DNA of 64,000 nucleotides from Patescibacteria group bacterium (GCA_022563395.1 JADFNM010000001.1:178830-242829), one strand, 5' to 3'; shown: positions 38,768-47,767, counted from the stretch's first letter. Program-made: numbers and translations. The notes: generated by a model from the letters alone, not told the origin.

Positions 38768-38998
38768 ATGAAAAAAACTACATGCAAGACTATGGGTGGC
38801 GTTTGTGACGAGGAGATCCGTGGGGAAACTGCTGAAGAATTGATGGCCAACGGTAAGCAGCACCTTCATGATGCGGCTGAGACCGGCGACGAAGATCACA
38901 AAGGTGTCATTCAAAAAATGGAACAGATGAGCGAAGAAGATCGCAAAAAGTGGGCTGGAGAACTTACGAATAACTTTGATGCACTGGAAGAGGCTTAA
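38768..38998 (+). CDS. DUF1059-like small metal-binding protein
   Basis: TCKTMGGVCD..I.GET.EEL....KQH pattern. Confidence 0.75.
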   Translation: MKKTTCKTMGGVCDEEIRGETAEELMANGKQHLHDAAETGDEDHKGVIQKMEQMSEEDRKKWAGELTNNFDALEEA

Positions 38999-39108
38999 AG
39001 TTAGATCCCGATAGGTAGGAGGGTGTGATCTCTTATTATACTAACCAATCAATCGCCAAACAGGCGGTTTTTTGGTAGAGTAAGGATGGCGAATTTCAGA
39101 GGAGAGAA

Positions 39109-39339
39109 GTGAACGACAAGCACCCAAGAACAGGGGAGAGGCATATGTATATGTACTGGATGCTCAGGATAGCACCCGTAGTGACGATTCTCGTTGTTAT
39201 CAACCTCCTTGTGTGGCGGTTCACCGAATTTAAGGTGATCTTCGGCCCCGGGCTCTCTGGGGTTCTCCTGATTGCCTCTGTGGGTCTGTGGTTTATTGCC
39301 CTCTATGCTTCACGAAATGCTCGATATCGAGCAAGATGA
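39109..39339 (+). CDS. Small membrane protein
   Basis: 76-aa GTG-start ORF with AGGAG upstream and 2 TM. Confidence 0.5.
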   Translation: MNDKHPRTGERHMYMYWMLRIAPVVTILVVINLLVWRFTEFKVIFGPGLSGVLLIASVGLWFIALYASRNARYRAR

Positions 39340-39589
39340 GGGTTCATACCATGATAGGGCGGTGAGATGATATCAATACCCGCTTTTCTTTTACACAAAA
39401 CAGGTTCTAACATCGTCCCATAGGGAGAGCCATTGTTGCTTAAACGAGATTTAAGCAATATCCATTGAAGTTAATGGTTCCTTAATTTCATTTAGGAGAT
39501 AATCACTAGAATCAATCATGCTTAAACGAGATTTAAGCAGCATGGGGAAAAAGAATCGCCAGTACGGCGATTTTTTGGTAGAATCAAAT

Positions 39590-39922
39590 ATGATTATGAA
39601 ACTCGGGACTGATATCGTACATATTCCAAGATTTGAAAAGACATTGAGAGAAAGTCGGGAATACTTTGAACAGAATGTGTTCTGCCCCGAAGAATGGGCA
39701 GATTCATCAATAGAGAAATTAGCTGGAAGATTTGCAGCAAAGGAAGCAACACTCAAGGCCTTGGGTATTAAAGCTGGCCGCTGGCAAGAAATTTGCGTCA
39801 AAAATTCAGAAGATGGAAAACCGTTCCTTGCTTCCTTCCTAATGCAGAAAAAATGGAAACATGAACTTTCCATTTCTCACGACGGTGAATACGCAATTGC
39901 TGTCGTAGTATTCTATCGGTGA
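39590..39922 (+). CDS. acpS: Holo-[acyl-carrier-protein] synthase
   Basis: GTDIV, LAGRFAAKEA..KALG, GKP and SISHDG..AIA motifs; start set after TAGAAT. Confidence 0.93.
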   Translation: MIMKLGTDIVHIPRFEKTLRESREYFEQNVFCPEEWADSSIEKLAGRFAAKEATLKALGIKAGRWQEICVKNSEDGKPFLASFLMQKKWKHELSISHDGEYAIAVVVFYR

Positions 39923-39944
39923 TTCCCCCATGTTGAGCAGGGAA

Positions 39945-42452
39945 TCACAGGTTTCTTATTTTTTCTTCAATAAAACGGGCAGCTTCTTGATAGGTCATTG
40001 TTTGGTCAATGAGAAAAGGTTTTCCAAAGGTTATCTTGACCCTGTGACGACGAGGCCATCGAAACACAGGAGGCGCTCCTTCGGGTCCCGGTTGGACAAC
40101 CTGTTGGGTTCCTTTTAGTTTGACAGGCACAATGGGAACTCCCATTTCAATTGCCAAGAGTCCGGCACCCCCTTTGAACTCCCTAAGTCTCCCGGTCCTG
40201 GACATGACCCCTTCTGGGAATACCAACACCGAGAAATCACGGTCAATAATGCGCCCAAGATATTCCACGGATGACTTTACCTGCCCGCTGCGTGAGAAAG
40301 GAAACATAACGAAAAGAAATTCTAGAAATCCTTTCGCATACTTAATCCAAGGCGTTTGTGTTTCATACAAAACCTCGGTGGCGGCAGCCACTGCAAGCCG
40401 TTTTCGAATCCTGGCGGGTAGTGCTCCATAGATTACACCTACATCAATCGTACTTAAATGATTTGAGAAAAAGAGAACAGGATGTTTGATGTGCTCTATA
40501 TTCTCTAATCCCTTTATTTCTACGGGGGCAACATACAAAACCAAGGGCTTGAGAAAAAATATCTGAAAAAGTGCTCTCAAGAAGGTGGTATAACTTCCAA
40601 ATGGTCTTGGATTAAATGGATAGAGTATGTGTTTTTGCTTTTTCTCTGTAATCGTTTCCCGTATGTCTCGCACAGTGGTCTGGGGAGTAATTTCAGCTTC
40701 GTCTAAGGCAACAGAAAACTCGCTTTCAATTCTGGCTACGAGCTCAATGCGCTTTAGGGAGTCTAGATTGAAGTCAGCAACAAGCCGCTTCTCGTCTTTA
40801 ACCTCTTGTACAGGAACCTCTGCTACCTTTGCAACAATCTCTTGAAGGATTGAAGGGGTCTTAGAAGGAAGCTCCTCCTTTCTTTTACCTTGAATCTCAG
40901 CTTCAATAACTGGCAGCACTTCATGTTTCTTTACTTTTCTCGTGGGAGTACGGGGAAAATCATCCAAAGACCATACAGAGAAACCTTGAATCCTCTGATA
41001 TGCCATCAATTTGGCATTGACTTTATTAATAATGGTTTGAGGATTGACCTCTGTATCTTTTTTAAGGAGAAGAACTGCGTGTACTTGTTCCTCTCCATTC
41101 CTTTTTAAGCCAAGAACCGTAGAATCAGCCACTCCATGTTCTTTGTTCAGCTCAAACTCAATATCCTCAGGGTATACATTCTCACCAGAGGGCAGTACAA
41201 TCATAAATTTTTTGCGGCCTCTAATGTGAAGGTATCCTTTTCGGTCAAAAAATCCAATGTCTCCGGTCCGAAGCCACCCTTTTTCGTCAAATATTTCTTT
41301 TGTTTTCTGTTCGTCCCTCCAATATCCAGCAAAGATATTTGGGCCTTTCGCAAGTATTTCTCCGTCCCCTGAAAGTTTGAGAGTTACGCCTTGAACTGGC
41401 TTGCCGACAGATGCAATAGTGCGCTCTTGATAGCTGTTGACGGTGAGCACGGGTGAAGTTTCGGTGAGACCGTATCCCTGGAGAATATAGATACCCAAAC
41501 TCTCCCAAAATTCACCCACCTCTTTTGAAAGTGCAGCTCCCCCAGAAGCGATGGTATGCATGTTCCACCCAAACTTTTTATGGATGTTGCGAAAAAAGAG
41601 TCGGCGCAAAGCCATGGATGGGATTGCTTGAGAAATTGAAAGCAGCACTTCCAGCATTCTGAGCTTATGTTTTATTTCAGCTTGGTCTCTGATTCTAAGA
41701 TATATGAGCCGTAAAAATTCCGGCACTGCCAACATGCGGTTTGGTTTATCATCTTGAAATATCCTGCTCAGATGGTTTGGACTCAGAGAAGCCGCATAGC
41801 TTACTTGAGCGCCAGCGGCAAGGGGAACCAGCATGCCTCCCAACTGTTCAAACATGTGAAAAAGCGGAAGAATTGAGACAAATCGCATGGTGTGGTCTAC
41901 GGGGATTGCCTTGCGGGAACCTGCAAGACTGGAAAGAAGGTTTTTATGCGTAAGGATAACACCCTTGGGGTTTCCTGTGGTTCCTGAAGTATATACAATC
42001 TCTGCGATATCATGTTCGCCAAGAGCAGGAAGGGAAGCATGGACTGGCGTACTGGGTTTTGCTATGTCTTCAATAAAAACAATAGGAATAGAAATTCCTT
42101 TGGTTGAGATGGTGCGATTTTTGAAGATACATTTTGCTTGAGTTTGTCTGACTATACCCTGAATAAACTCAGGTTTACTCTCGGGACTGAGAGGCACCGC
42201 TACCGCTCCCCGAAGCTGGATACCAAAGAATGAAGCTACCCAAAAAGGGGAATTAAATCCTATAAGAACTACGCGATCTCCCTTTTGAATGTTGTGTTGC
42301 CCGAGAATATGCGCAAAGGAAACCGCATGATTCCATAAATCTTGGTATGTCCAGCTCAGTGTCCGAAATCTGGGACGATACAGGTATGCGGTTTGAGAAG
42401 TGTATCTTTGGCATACACGAAAAAAGAGTTCTGGAAGGGTCTTTTGTTCCAT
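39945..42452 (-). CDS. Fused long-chain acyl-AMP ligase / ACP / PlsC-type acyltransferase (Aas-like)
   Basis: YTSGTTGNPKG, QGYGLTE, TGD; ACP LDSL; NHLSTID (HxxxxD) and FPEG motifs. Confidence 0.9.
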   Translation of the reverse strand: MEQKTLPELFFRVCQRYTSQTAYLYRPRFRTLSWTYQDLWNHAVSFAHILGQHNIQKGDRVVLIGFNSPFWVASFFGIQLRGAVAVPLSPESKPEFIQGIVRQTQAKCIFKNRTISTKGISIPIVFIEDIAKPSTPVHASLPALGEHDIAEIVYTSGTTGNPKGVILTHKNLLSSLAGSRKAIPVDHTMRFVSILPLFHMFEQLGGMLVPLAAGAQVSYAASLSPNHLSRIFQDDKPNRMLAVPEFLRLIYLRIRDQAEIKHKLRMLEVLLSISQAIPSMALRRLFFRNIHKKFGWNMHTIASGGAALSKEVGEFWESLGIYILQGYGLTETSPVLTVNSYQERTIASVGKPVQGVTLKLSGDGEILAKGPNIFAGYWRDEQKTKEIFDEKGWLRTGDIGFFDRKGYLHIRGRKKFMIVLPSGENVYPEDIEFELNKEHGVADSTVLGLKRNGEEQVHAVLLLKKDTEVNPQTIINKVNAKLMAYQRIQGFSVWSLDDFPRTPTRKVKKHEVLPVIEAEIQGKRKEELPSKTPSILQEIVAKVAEVPVQEVKDEKRLVADFNLDSLKRIELVARIESEFSVALDEAEITPQTTVRDIRETITEKKQKHILYPFNPRPFGSYTTFLRALFQIFFLKPLVLYVAPVEIKGLENIEHIKHPVLFFSNHLSTIDVGVIYGALPARIRKRLAVAAATEVLYETQTPWIKYAKGFLEFLFVMFPFSRSGQVKSSVEYLGRIIDRDFSVLVFPEGVMSRTGRLREFKGGAGLLAIEMGVPIVPVKLKGTQQVVQPGPEGAPPVFRWPRRHRVKITFGKPFLIDQTMTYQEAARFIEEKIRNL

Positions 42453-42575
42453 GCTGTCATTATACCTATGAAAGAAAGGGGTTATCAAATATTTGTTTTT
42501 GTATTAACCTATGGTATAATATGTATTCTCTTGTAAATTAACCATTGGCATCAACTATGATGCTGTTAATATATT

Positions 42576-43781
42576 ATGGATGAAAGCTCGCAACGCGAGC
42601 GGATACGGCTCCGCAAACAATTGCTCAAAGAAATTCAAACCCTCAAAGACCGAAGAGGATTTCTAAGAGCCGGCCTACCCAACTATAATCGTTTATTTGG
42701 AAGAGATTCTTTGATTGCCGCTTGGCAATTATTAGATTGGAATCCGGGAATCTGCAAATCAACTTTAGAAATTCTCTCTCAACATCAGGGTAAACTGTTT
42801 AACGACGAAAGAGAAGAAGAGCCCGGTAAGATAATCCATGAAATGGATTTGGAGGAGAGTTGGCATCCTGACCACTACTTTCCCTTTCCTTACTATGGCT
42901 CTGTTGACTCCACTCTTCTTTACCTGATTCTTTTTGCTTTTTATTTCAAAAAAACAAAAGATCGAAAGTTTCTGCAGGAGCATTGGGAAAATGTCCTCAT
43001 GGCTTTGCACTGGCTAGAAGAATGTGGTGATAAGGATAAGGACTATTTTATTGAGTACAAAAGAAAAAATCCAAACGGACTTTTTCATCAGGGATGGAAA
43101 GATAGTTTTGAGAATCATTTGAAAATAAAGCCACCTGTGGCTATTGTAGAAGTTCAAGGATATCACTACTTGGCCTTAGAAGAGATTGCCAACTTGGCAG
43201 ATGTAAGAAGAGACTTTGATTTGAGAGAGAAACTCAAAGAAAGGGCAGAAAACTTGAAAAAAGAGTTTAATAAAAAATTCTGGATGGATGAGAAAAATTA
43301 CTTTGCATTGGGATTAGACGGAAAAAAGAGACAGAGGAAAGCAATTACTTCCAATCCCGGACGTTGTCTTTTTACGGGTATTATAGATGATGAGAAAAAA
43401 CAGAAAATAGTGGAAAGGCTATTTGAAAAAGATATGTGGACACCTTTTGGCATCCGCACTCATTCAACGCAAGAACCGGATTTTGACCCTCAAGCCTATC
43501 ACCTGGGGTCCGTTTGGCCTCACGATAACTGGATAATAGCTCAAGGTTTGAAGAAATACGGCTTCTTCAATGAATATCAAAAAATAAGACAAGCTTTATT
43601 TGCAGCACACAGAGAACTTGGTTTTCTTCCTGAGCACTACGGGGTAATTGATGGAAAAGTTATTCCAATCTCTACCGCAGCTTACCCCCAGGCTTGGGCA
43701 ACCTGTGCCCTGTTTAACTTTCTCGGTTTGCAGATTCATGAGAAAATCCTCAGGATTCCCTTAAGGATTTTTCGCTGGTAA
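42576..43781 (+). CDS. Amylo-alpha-1,6-glucosidase / glycogen-debranching-type glycoside hydrolase
   Basis: FGRDSLI, EEPGKIIHE, YYGSVDST, QGWKDS, EVQGY, YH.GSVWPHDN and PQAW motifs. Confidence 0.88.
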   Translation: MDESSQRERIRLRKQLLKEIQTLKDRRGFLRAGLPNYNRLFGRDSLIAAWQLLDWNPGICKSTLEILSQHQGKLFNDEREEEPGKIIHEMDLEESWHPDHYFPFPYYGSVDSTLLYLILFAFYFKKTKDRKFLQEHWENVLMALHWLEECGDKDKDYFIEYKRKNPNGLFHQGWKDSFENHLKIKPPVAIVEVQGYHYLALEEIANLADVRRDFDLREKLKERAENLKKEFNKKFWMDEKNYFALGLDGKKRQRKAITSNPGRCLFTGIIDDEKKQKIVERLFEKDMWTPFGIRTHSTQEPDFDPQAYHLGSVWPHDNWIIAQGLKKYGFFNEYQKIRQALFAAHRELGFLPEHYGVIDGKVIPISTAAYPQAWATCALFNFLGLQIHEKILRIPLRIFRW

Positions 43782-43788
43782 TCTTTTT

Positions 43789-44820
43789 TCACCTCTTCTG
43801 ACGGAGAATATCTTTGTACAGTTGCTCATAGTTATCCACCATGGTCTGCATGGAAAAATTCTCGACAACATGTTCACGACAGCGCCGCCTTAAGATAGCG
43901 TGAAGATTCTTTAAGGCTCGAACAGCCTCCTCCTTGGTATCAACAAGAAATCCTGTTTCGCCATCTTTGATTAACTCTGGCATAGCGCCGGATCTCGCAG
44001 CAATAACCGGAGTGCCGCAAGCCATGGCCTCAATAACTACAAGACCAAAGGGTTCTTGTCTTTTAAATACTGGAAAGAGTAAACCTTTTGCTTCCCTAAG
44101 AAGTCTTACTTTCTTTTTAAAATCTGCAACTCCCACAAATTGAATCTGTTTCCCGTCGATTAAAGGTTTGATTCGATACTCAAAGTAGTCTGCACTCCTT
44201 GGAAAGATTGGACCTGCAATTATAAGCTTCTCCCCGGCCATCTTCGCAATTTCAATAGCATCTGGTAACCCCTTGTCAGGAGCAATAAGAGATAACCAAA
44301 GAAGGTAATCTTTTGGTCTCGCATTAAAGCGATACCTAGCAATATCAATACCGTTGTAGATTCTTTTCGCGATATGTAACCCTGGTGCGGATTTCTTCTG
44401 ATCATCCGAAATTGCTACATAATGAATATTCGGGAATTTTTTGTATATAATGGTATTTTCTTCGGTAAGGGGACTATGGATAGTACTGACGACAGGAGGC
44501 CTAAAAAAATTGCTGAAGGGGGCTGTGGAATATTCCCAATGGTCATGAATGATGTCAAATTCATCCTGTCGTTCCAAAAGTTCTTTACAGAGCAAAGCGA
44601 ATACAGCATAGGTATACCAAACACCAGCGTCTTTATAGACACCTGTAGGCCATATGGGGATTAATTTCGCCTTCGTCTTTGAATCGGCGGTAGCGAACAG
44701 GGTTACCTCATGCCCTCTCTTTACTAGCTCCTCAGTAACAAGAGAAGTTATAAGAGTGCTCCCCCCGTAGGTTTGGGGAGGGACCTCAAACCAGAGAGGG
44801 GCTACTTGTGCAATACGCAT
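43789..44820 (-). CDS. GT4-family glycosyltransferase
   Basis: MRIAQVAP..VPP..YGG, GHEVTLFA and EPFGLVVIEAMACGTPV motifs. Confidence 0.92.
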   Translation of the reverse strand: MRIAQVAPLWFEVPPQTYGGSTLITSLVTEELVKRGHEVTLFATADSKTKAKLIPIWPTGVYKDAGVWYTYAVFALLCKELLERQDEFDIIHDHWEYSTAPFSNFFRPPVVSTIHSPLTEENTIIYKKFPNIHYVAISDDQKKSAPGLHIAKRIYNGIDIARYRFNARPKDYLLWLSLIAPDKGLPDAIEIAKMAGEKLIIAGPIFPRSADYFEYRIKPLIDGKQIQFVGVADFKKKVRLLREAKGLLFPVFKRQEPFGLVVIEAMACGTPVIAARSGAMPELIKDGETGFLVDTKEEAVRALKNLHAILRRRCREHVVENFSMQTMVDNYEQLYKDILRQKR

Positions 44821-44940
44821 AAGTTATCACTCATTATGGGGCAGAATGGAATTTTTGTCCACTCTGTGTCCACGGGGATACCAGCACACTAATACAAAAA
44901 GCCAATGGTTCCTTAACGAAATTAAGGAAATATGCGCTTT

Positions 44941-45546
44941 CTAGATAAGGGGAACAAACACAAAGCCCTCAAATCGCTGAATGTCGGGTTCTTTGCCTGG
45001 AACTTTTTGTATGCGCACCACCGCATCCTGCACGGGAAGCACCATGACCCCGTCATCTTTGAGCTGGGAAAGAAGTTCTCTTGGTATCTCTTTACCAACG
45101 GCCGAAACCAGGATTTTATCAAAGGGAGCTTGCCCTGGAAATCCCAAGGTTTCTTTCTTTGCCTGAACAACCTTAGCTGGCAACAAAGCATACTTTGAAA
45201 GATTCTCTTGCCCAAAGCGCACCAAGCCCGGTAACACCTCTGTTCCGTATACCTTTCCTTTGGGACCTGCGGCGTGAGCTAAAAGGGCAGTAGTCCAGGC
45301 GGAACCCGAACCAATATCCAGAATCTTTTCACCTTTTTTTGGCTGCAAAAGCTCCAGCATGAAAGCTACCGTGTAGGGCTGGGAAATAGTTTGGCCAAAG
45401 CCAATAGACAGAGGGTAATCCTCGTATGCCTGATTTTGATATTCTGGCAGCACAAAGTCCTTTCTATCTATCCCCAAAAATGCCTTAACGAGGGCTGGCG
45501 TTTTGAGAACCTCTACTTCTTTTAGGTGTTGCACGAGCTCTTCCAT
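44941..45546 (-). CDS. pcm: Protein-L-isoaspartate O-methyltransferase
   Basis: GQTISQP, LDIGSGS, APFDKILV and FVFVPL motifs. Confidence 0.93.
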   Translation of the reverse strand: MEELVQHLKEVEVLKTPALVKAFLGIDRKDFVLPEYQNQAYEDYPLSIGFGQTISQPYTVAFMLELLQPKKGEKILDIGSGSAWTTALLAHAAGPKGKVYGTEVLPGLVRFGQENLSKYALLPAKVVQAKKETLGFPGQAPFDKILVSAVGKEIPRELLSQLKDDGVMVLPVQDAVVRIQKVPGKEPDIQRFEGFVFVPLI

Positions 45547-45611
45547 GTATGGTATTATTGTAGCATATAAGAACCTGCCTACTGGCAGAACCTTGAAATT
45601 CTTACAGAATT

Positions 45612-46067
45612 ATGAAAGTATTTTTCTTGGGTATAGTTGCCATCTTACTTCTTGGAATTGTAGGGTATGTGTTATCGTTGAGCAAAAGTCCGAAGGAAGA
45701 GACTAATAACCAATCCGAGCAAAAAGAAGAAACTATGGCACCAAGCGAACTTCAAATTGAAGACACTATAGTGGGGGAGGGGAAAGAAGCTACTGCGGGA
45801 AAGATTGTCGTGGTGCACTATACAGGAACCTTGCTTGATGGAACCAAGTTTGACAGTTCTCTTGATCGCGGCACTCCTTTTGAGTTTGTCTTGGGGACAG
45901 GCCAGGTCATTCAAGGATGGGATCAGGGAATTGAAGGAATGAAAGTTGGGGGTAAAAGAAAACTCACCATACCTCCAGAGTTTGGGTATGGAGCAAGTCC
46001 GGGCCACCGTCTGCAAAACGAAACTCTCGTCTTTGAAGTAGAACTCCTGGACGTAAGAGAGCAATAA
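45612..46067 (+). CDS. FKBP-type peptidyl-prolyl isomerase, membrane-anchored
   Basis: [29 protein letters not shown] and FEVEL motifs. Confidence 0.95.
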   Translation: MKVFFLGIVAILLLGIVGYVLSLSKSPKEETNNQSEQKEETMAPSELQIEDTIVGEGKEATAGKIVVVHYTGTLLDGTKFDSSLDRGTPFEFVLGTGQVIQGWDQGIEGMKVGGKRKLTIPPEFGYGASPGHRLQNETLVFEVELLDVREQ

Positions 46068-46083
46068 TCATGGCAAATATATT

Positions 46084-46851
46084 ATGAACAATACAACGCT
46101 TAAAAACTACCTTCTTCTTACCGTTATCGGAACCTTAATTGTTTTTGGCTTAAGTATTGTATGGTTTGTAGCATCCTACTCAAAAGCGACAGAGCCAGCT
46201 TCCTTTCGAAGCTTTCAAGTTTTAGGAGAGGGAAGTGTCACCACAATTCCCGACATTGCTCAATTCTCTTTTGGAGTCATCACCCAAGGAGGAATTGACC
46301 TTGCCGTCACTCAAGAAGAAAACACAAGAGAGGTGAATGCCGCCATTGCGTTCCTCAAAGAACAGAACATTGAGGAAAAAGACATCAGCACAAAAGCCTA
46401 CCAGGTTAGTCCTCGCTACCAATACTACATCTGCAACGGAGAAAACGGCCCGTGCCCGCCTGCTGAAATCGTGGGGTACACAGTACAACAAACAGTACAG
46501 GTGAAAGTTCGGGACTTTAGTGTTATAGGGGGCCTGCTTGCCGGGGTGGTAGAAAATGGAGCAAACAGTGTTTCCCAGCTTTCTTTCACCATTGACGACC
46601 CAACACAGGTGCAAAACGAAGCAAGGGCAAAAGCCATTAAAAAAGCAAAAGAGAAGGCACAGGCAATAGCAGAAGCGGGAGGATTTAAGGTAGGGCGCCT
46701 TCTTTCAATCCAAGAAAGTTTCTCACCTTCCTTTGGCTATGTAACGCTCGAAAGTAGCAGGGGAGAAGCACCGAGTCCTCCCGCTCCCAGCATTGAGCCT
46801 GGGTCACAAGAAGTGAGCGTGGTAATGACCCTCAAGTACGAAATCCGATAA
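46084..46851 (+). CDS. SIMPL (DUF541/YggE-like) protein
   Basis: GEG.V...PD.A, GAN, A..KA..IA and PG.QEV motifs. Confidence 0.88.
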   Translation: MNNTTLKNYLLLTVIGTLIVFGLSIVWFVASYSKATEPASFRSFQVLGEGSVTTIPDIAQFSFGVITQGGIDLAVTQEENTREVNAAIAFLKEQNIEEKDISTKAYQVSPRYQYYICNGENGPCPPAEIVGYTVQQTVQVKVRDFSVIGGLLAGVVENGANSVSQLSFTIDDPTQVQNEARAKAIKKAKEKAQAIAEAGGFKVGRLLSIQESFSPSFGYVTLESSRGEAPSPPAPSIEPGSQEVSVVMTLKYEIR

Positions 46852-46862
46852 GCCGATTTCCT

Positions 46863-47192
46863 ATGGACCCCATTGTCATTCAAAGAAAAGAAGAAACGGA
46901 CAAGGGCTGGCGGTTCATAGTAGAAGTGGGAAGGCAAGCGGAATACAGGGTTGGCTTTTCGGTGAGCGTTGACAAGGACTACTGGCAAAAACTCACTCTA
47001 GGCAAACATTCTTCAGAACGTCTCGTCCAGGAAAGTTTTCGATTCCTCTTGGCAAAAGAAACAACAAAGACGGCTCTTATACGAGAAATCGGCCACTCTT
47101 TTAACTTGAGAGACCTTCCCAATACCTACTACAGCTACGAGAGGCGAATGAAGATGGCATTGTTCGGCACAGAGTACCCTGAGATTAAGTGA
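46863..47192 (+). CDS. Hypothetical protein
   Basis: 109-aa ORF; LVQESFRFLL.KE motif typical of a small conserved family. Confidence 0.65.
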   Translation: MDPIVIQRKEETDKGWRFIVEVGRQAEYRVGFSVSVDKDYWQKLTLGKHSSERLVQESFRFLLAKETTKTALIREIGHSFNLRDLPNTYYSYERRMKMALFGTEYPEIK

Positions 47193-47756
47193 TTACTGCA
47201 CTCTTCTTACGTATTCACTCGTTTGTGTGTTTACCTCAATTTCGTCCCCGGTGTCCACAAACAGGGGAACTTGAATCACAGCTCCCGTTTCCAAGATAGC
47301 AGTCTTAGTGCCACCCACAGCACGATCACCCTTTATACCAGGGGGAGCTTCTTTCACCTTAAGATTCATTTTAATGGGGAGCGCAATGGTTAAAATCTCA
47401 CCTTGAAAGCGCACCCCTTCCATTTCGGTGCTTTGAATCAAAAACTCCACTTGAGATCCAATCTGTTTCTTTGTAAGCTCGAAACGCTTTGAGGGACTGT
47501 TTGTTTCTGCAAAGACATACTTTTCTTGGTTCTCATAAATAAACTTGACCTGCAGCTTTTCTAACTCCGCTTCCTCAAACTCGTCTCCCGTGTGAAAAGT
47601 GCGGCTCAGAACGTTTCCGTTCTTTAGGTTTCGCAGCTTTACCTGCATCACAGAGCTTCCCCGTCCTTTGAACATTAAAGAATGCTCAAGAACTAAGCAG
47701 GGGGCTCCTTCATACACGAAATAAGTTCCTTTTTTTAGCTCAACATGGGAAAGCAT
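47193..47756 (-). CDS. efp: Elongation factor P
   Basis: KOW/OB layout, PPGIKGD, K.A.LETG and VPLFV..G....VNT....Y..R motifs. Confidence 0.93.
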   Translation of the reverse strand: MLSHVELKKGTYFVYEGAPCLVLEHSLMFKGRGSSVMQVKLRNLKNGNVLSRTFHTGDEFEEAELEKLQVKFIYENQEKYVFAETNSPSKRFELTKKQIGSQVEFLIQSTEMEGVRFQGEILTIALPIKMNLKVKEAPPGIKGDRAVGGTKTAILETGAVIQVPLFVDTGDEIEVNTQTSEYVRRVQ

Positions 47757-47767
47757 AAGCGCTTTTT

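Larger units (their letters stand above)
16677..44940. mobile_element. tRNA-Gln-anchored genomic island / tandem cassette array (no integrase seen)
   Basis: Accessory genes co-oriented on + up to 39.9 kb, many AT-rich, separated by repeated junction modules including tRNA 3'-end and pcm 3'-end copies. Confidence 0.7.

Noticed and set aside
39451-39589. ORF extensions MLKRDLSS... on acpS and the antisense ORF 39451-39873
   Set aside because: The extension is translated repeat and promoter DNA; the antisense ORF is a shadow of acpS.
16677-44940. Prophage, ICE or classical integron with intI
   Set aside because: No integrase, transposase, capsid, terminase, relaxase or T4SS gene is recognisable in the window; only junction repeats are visible.
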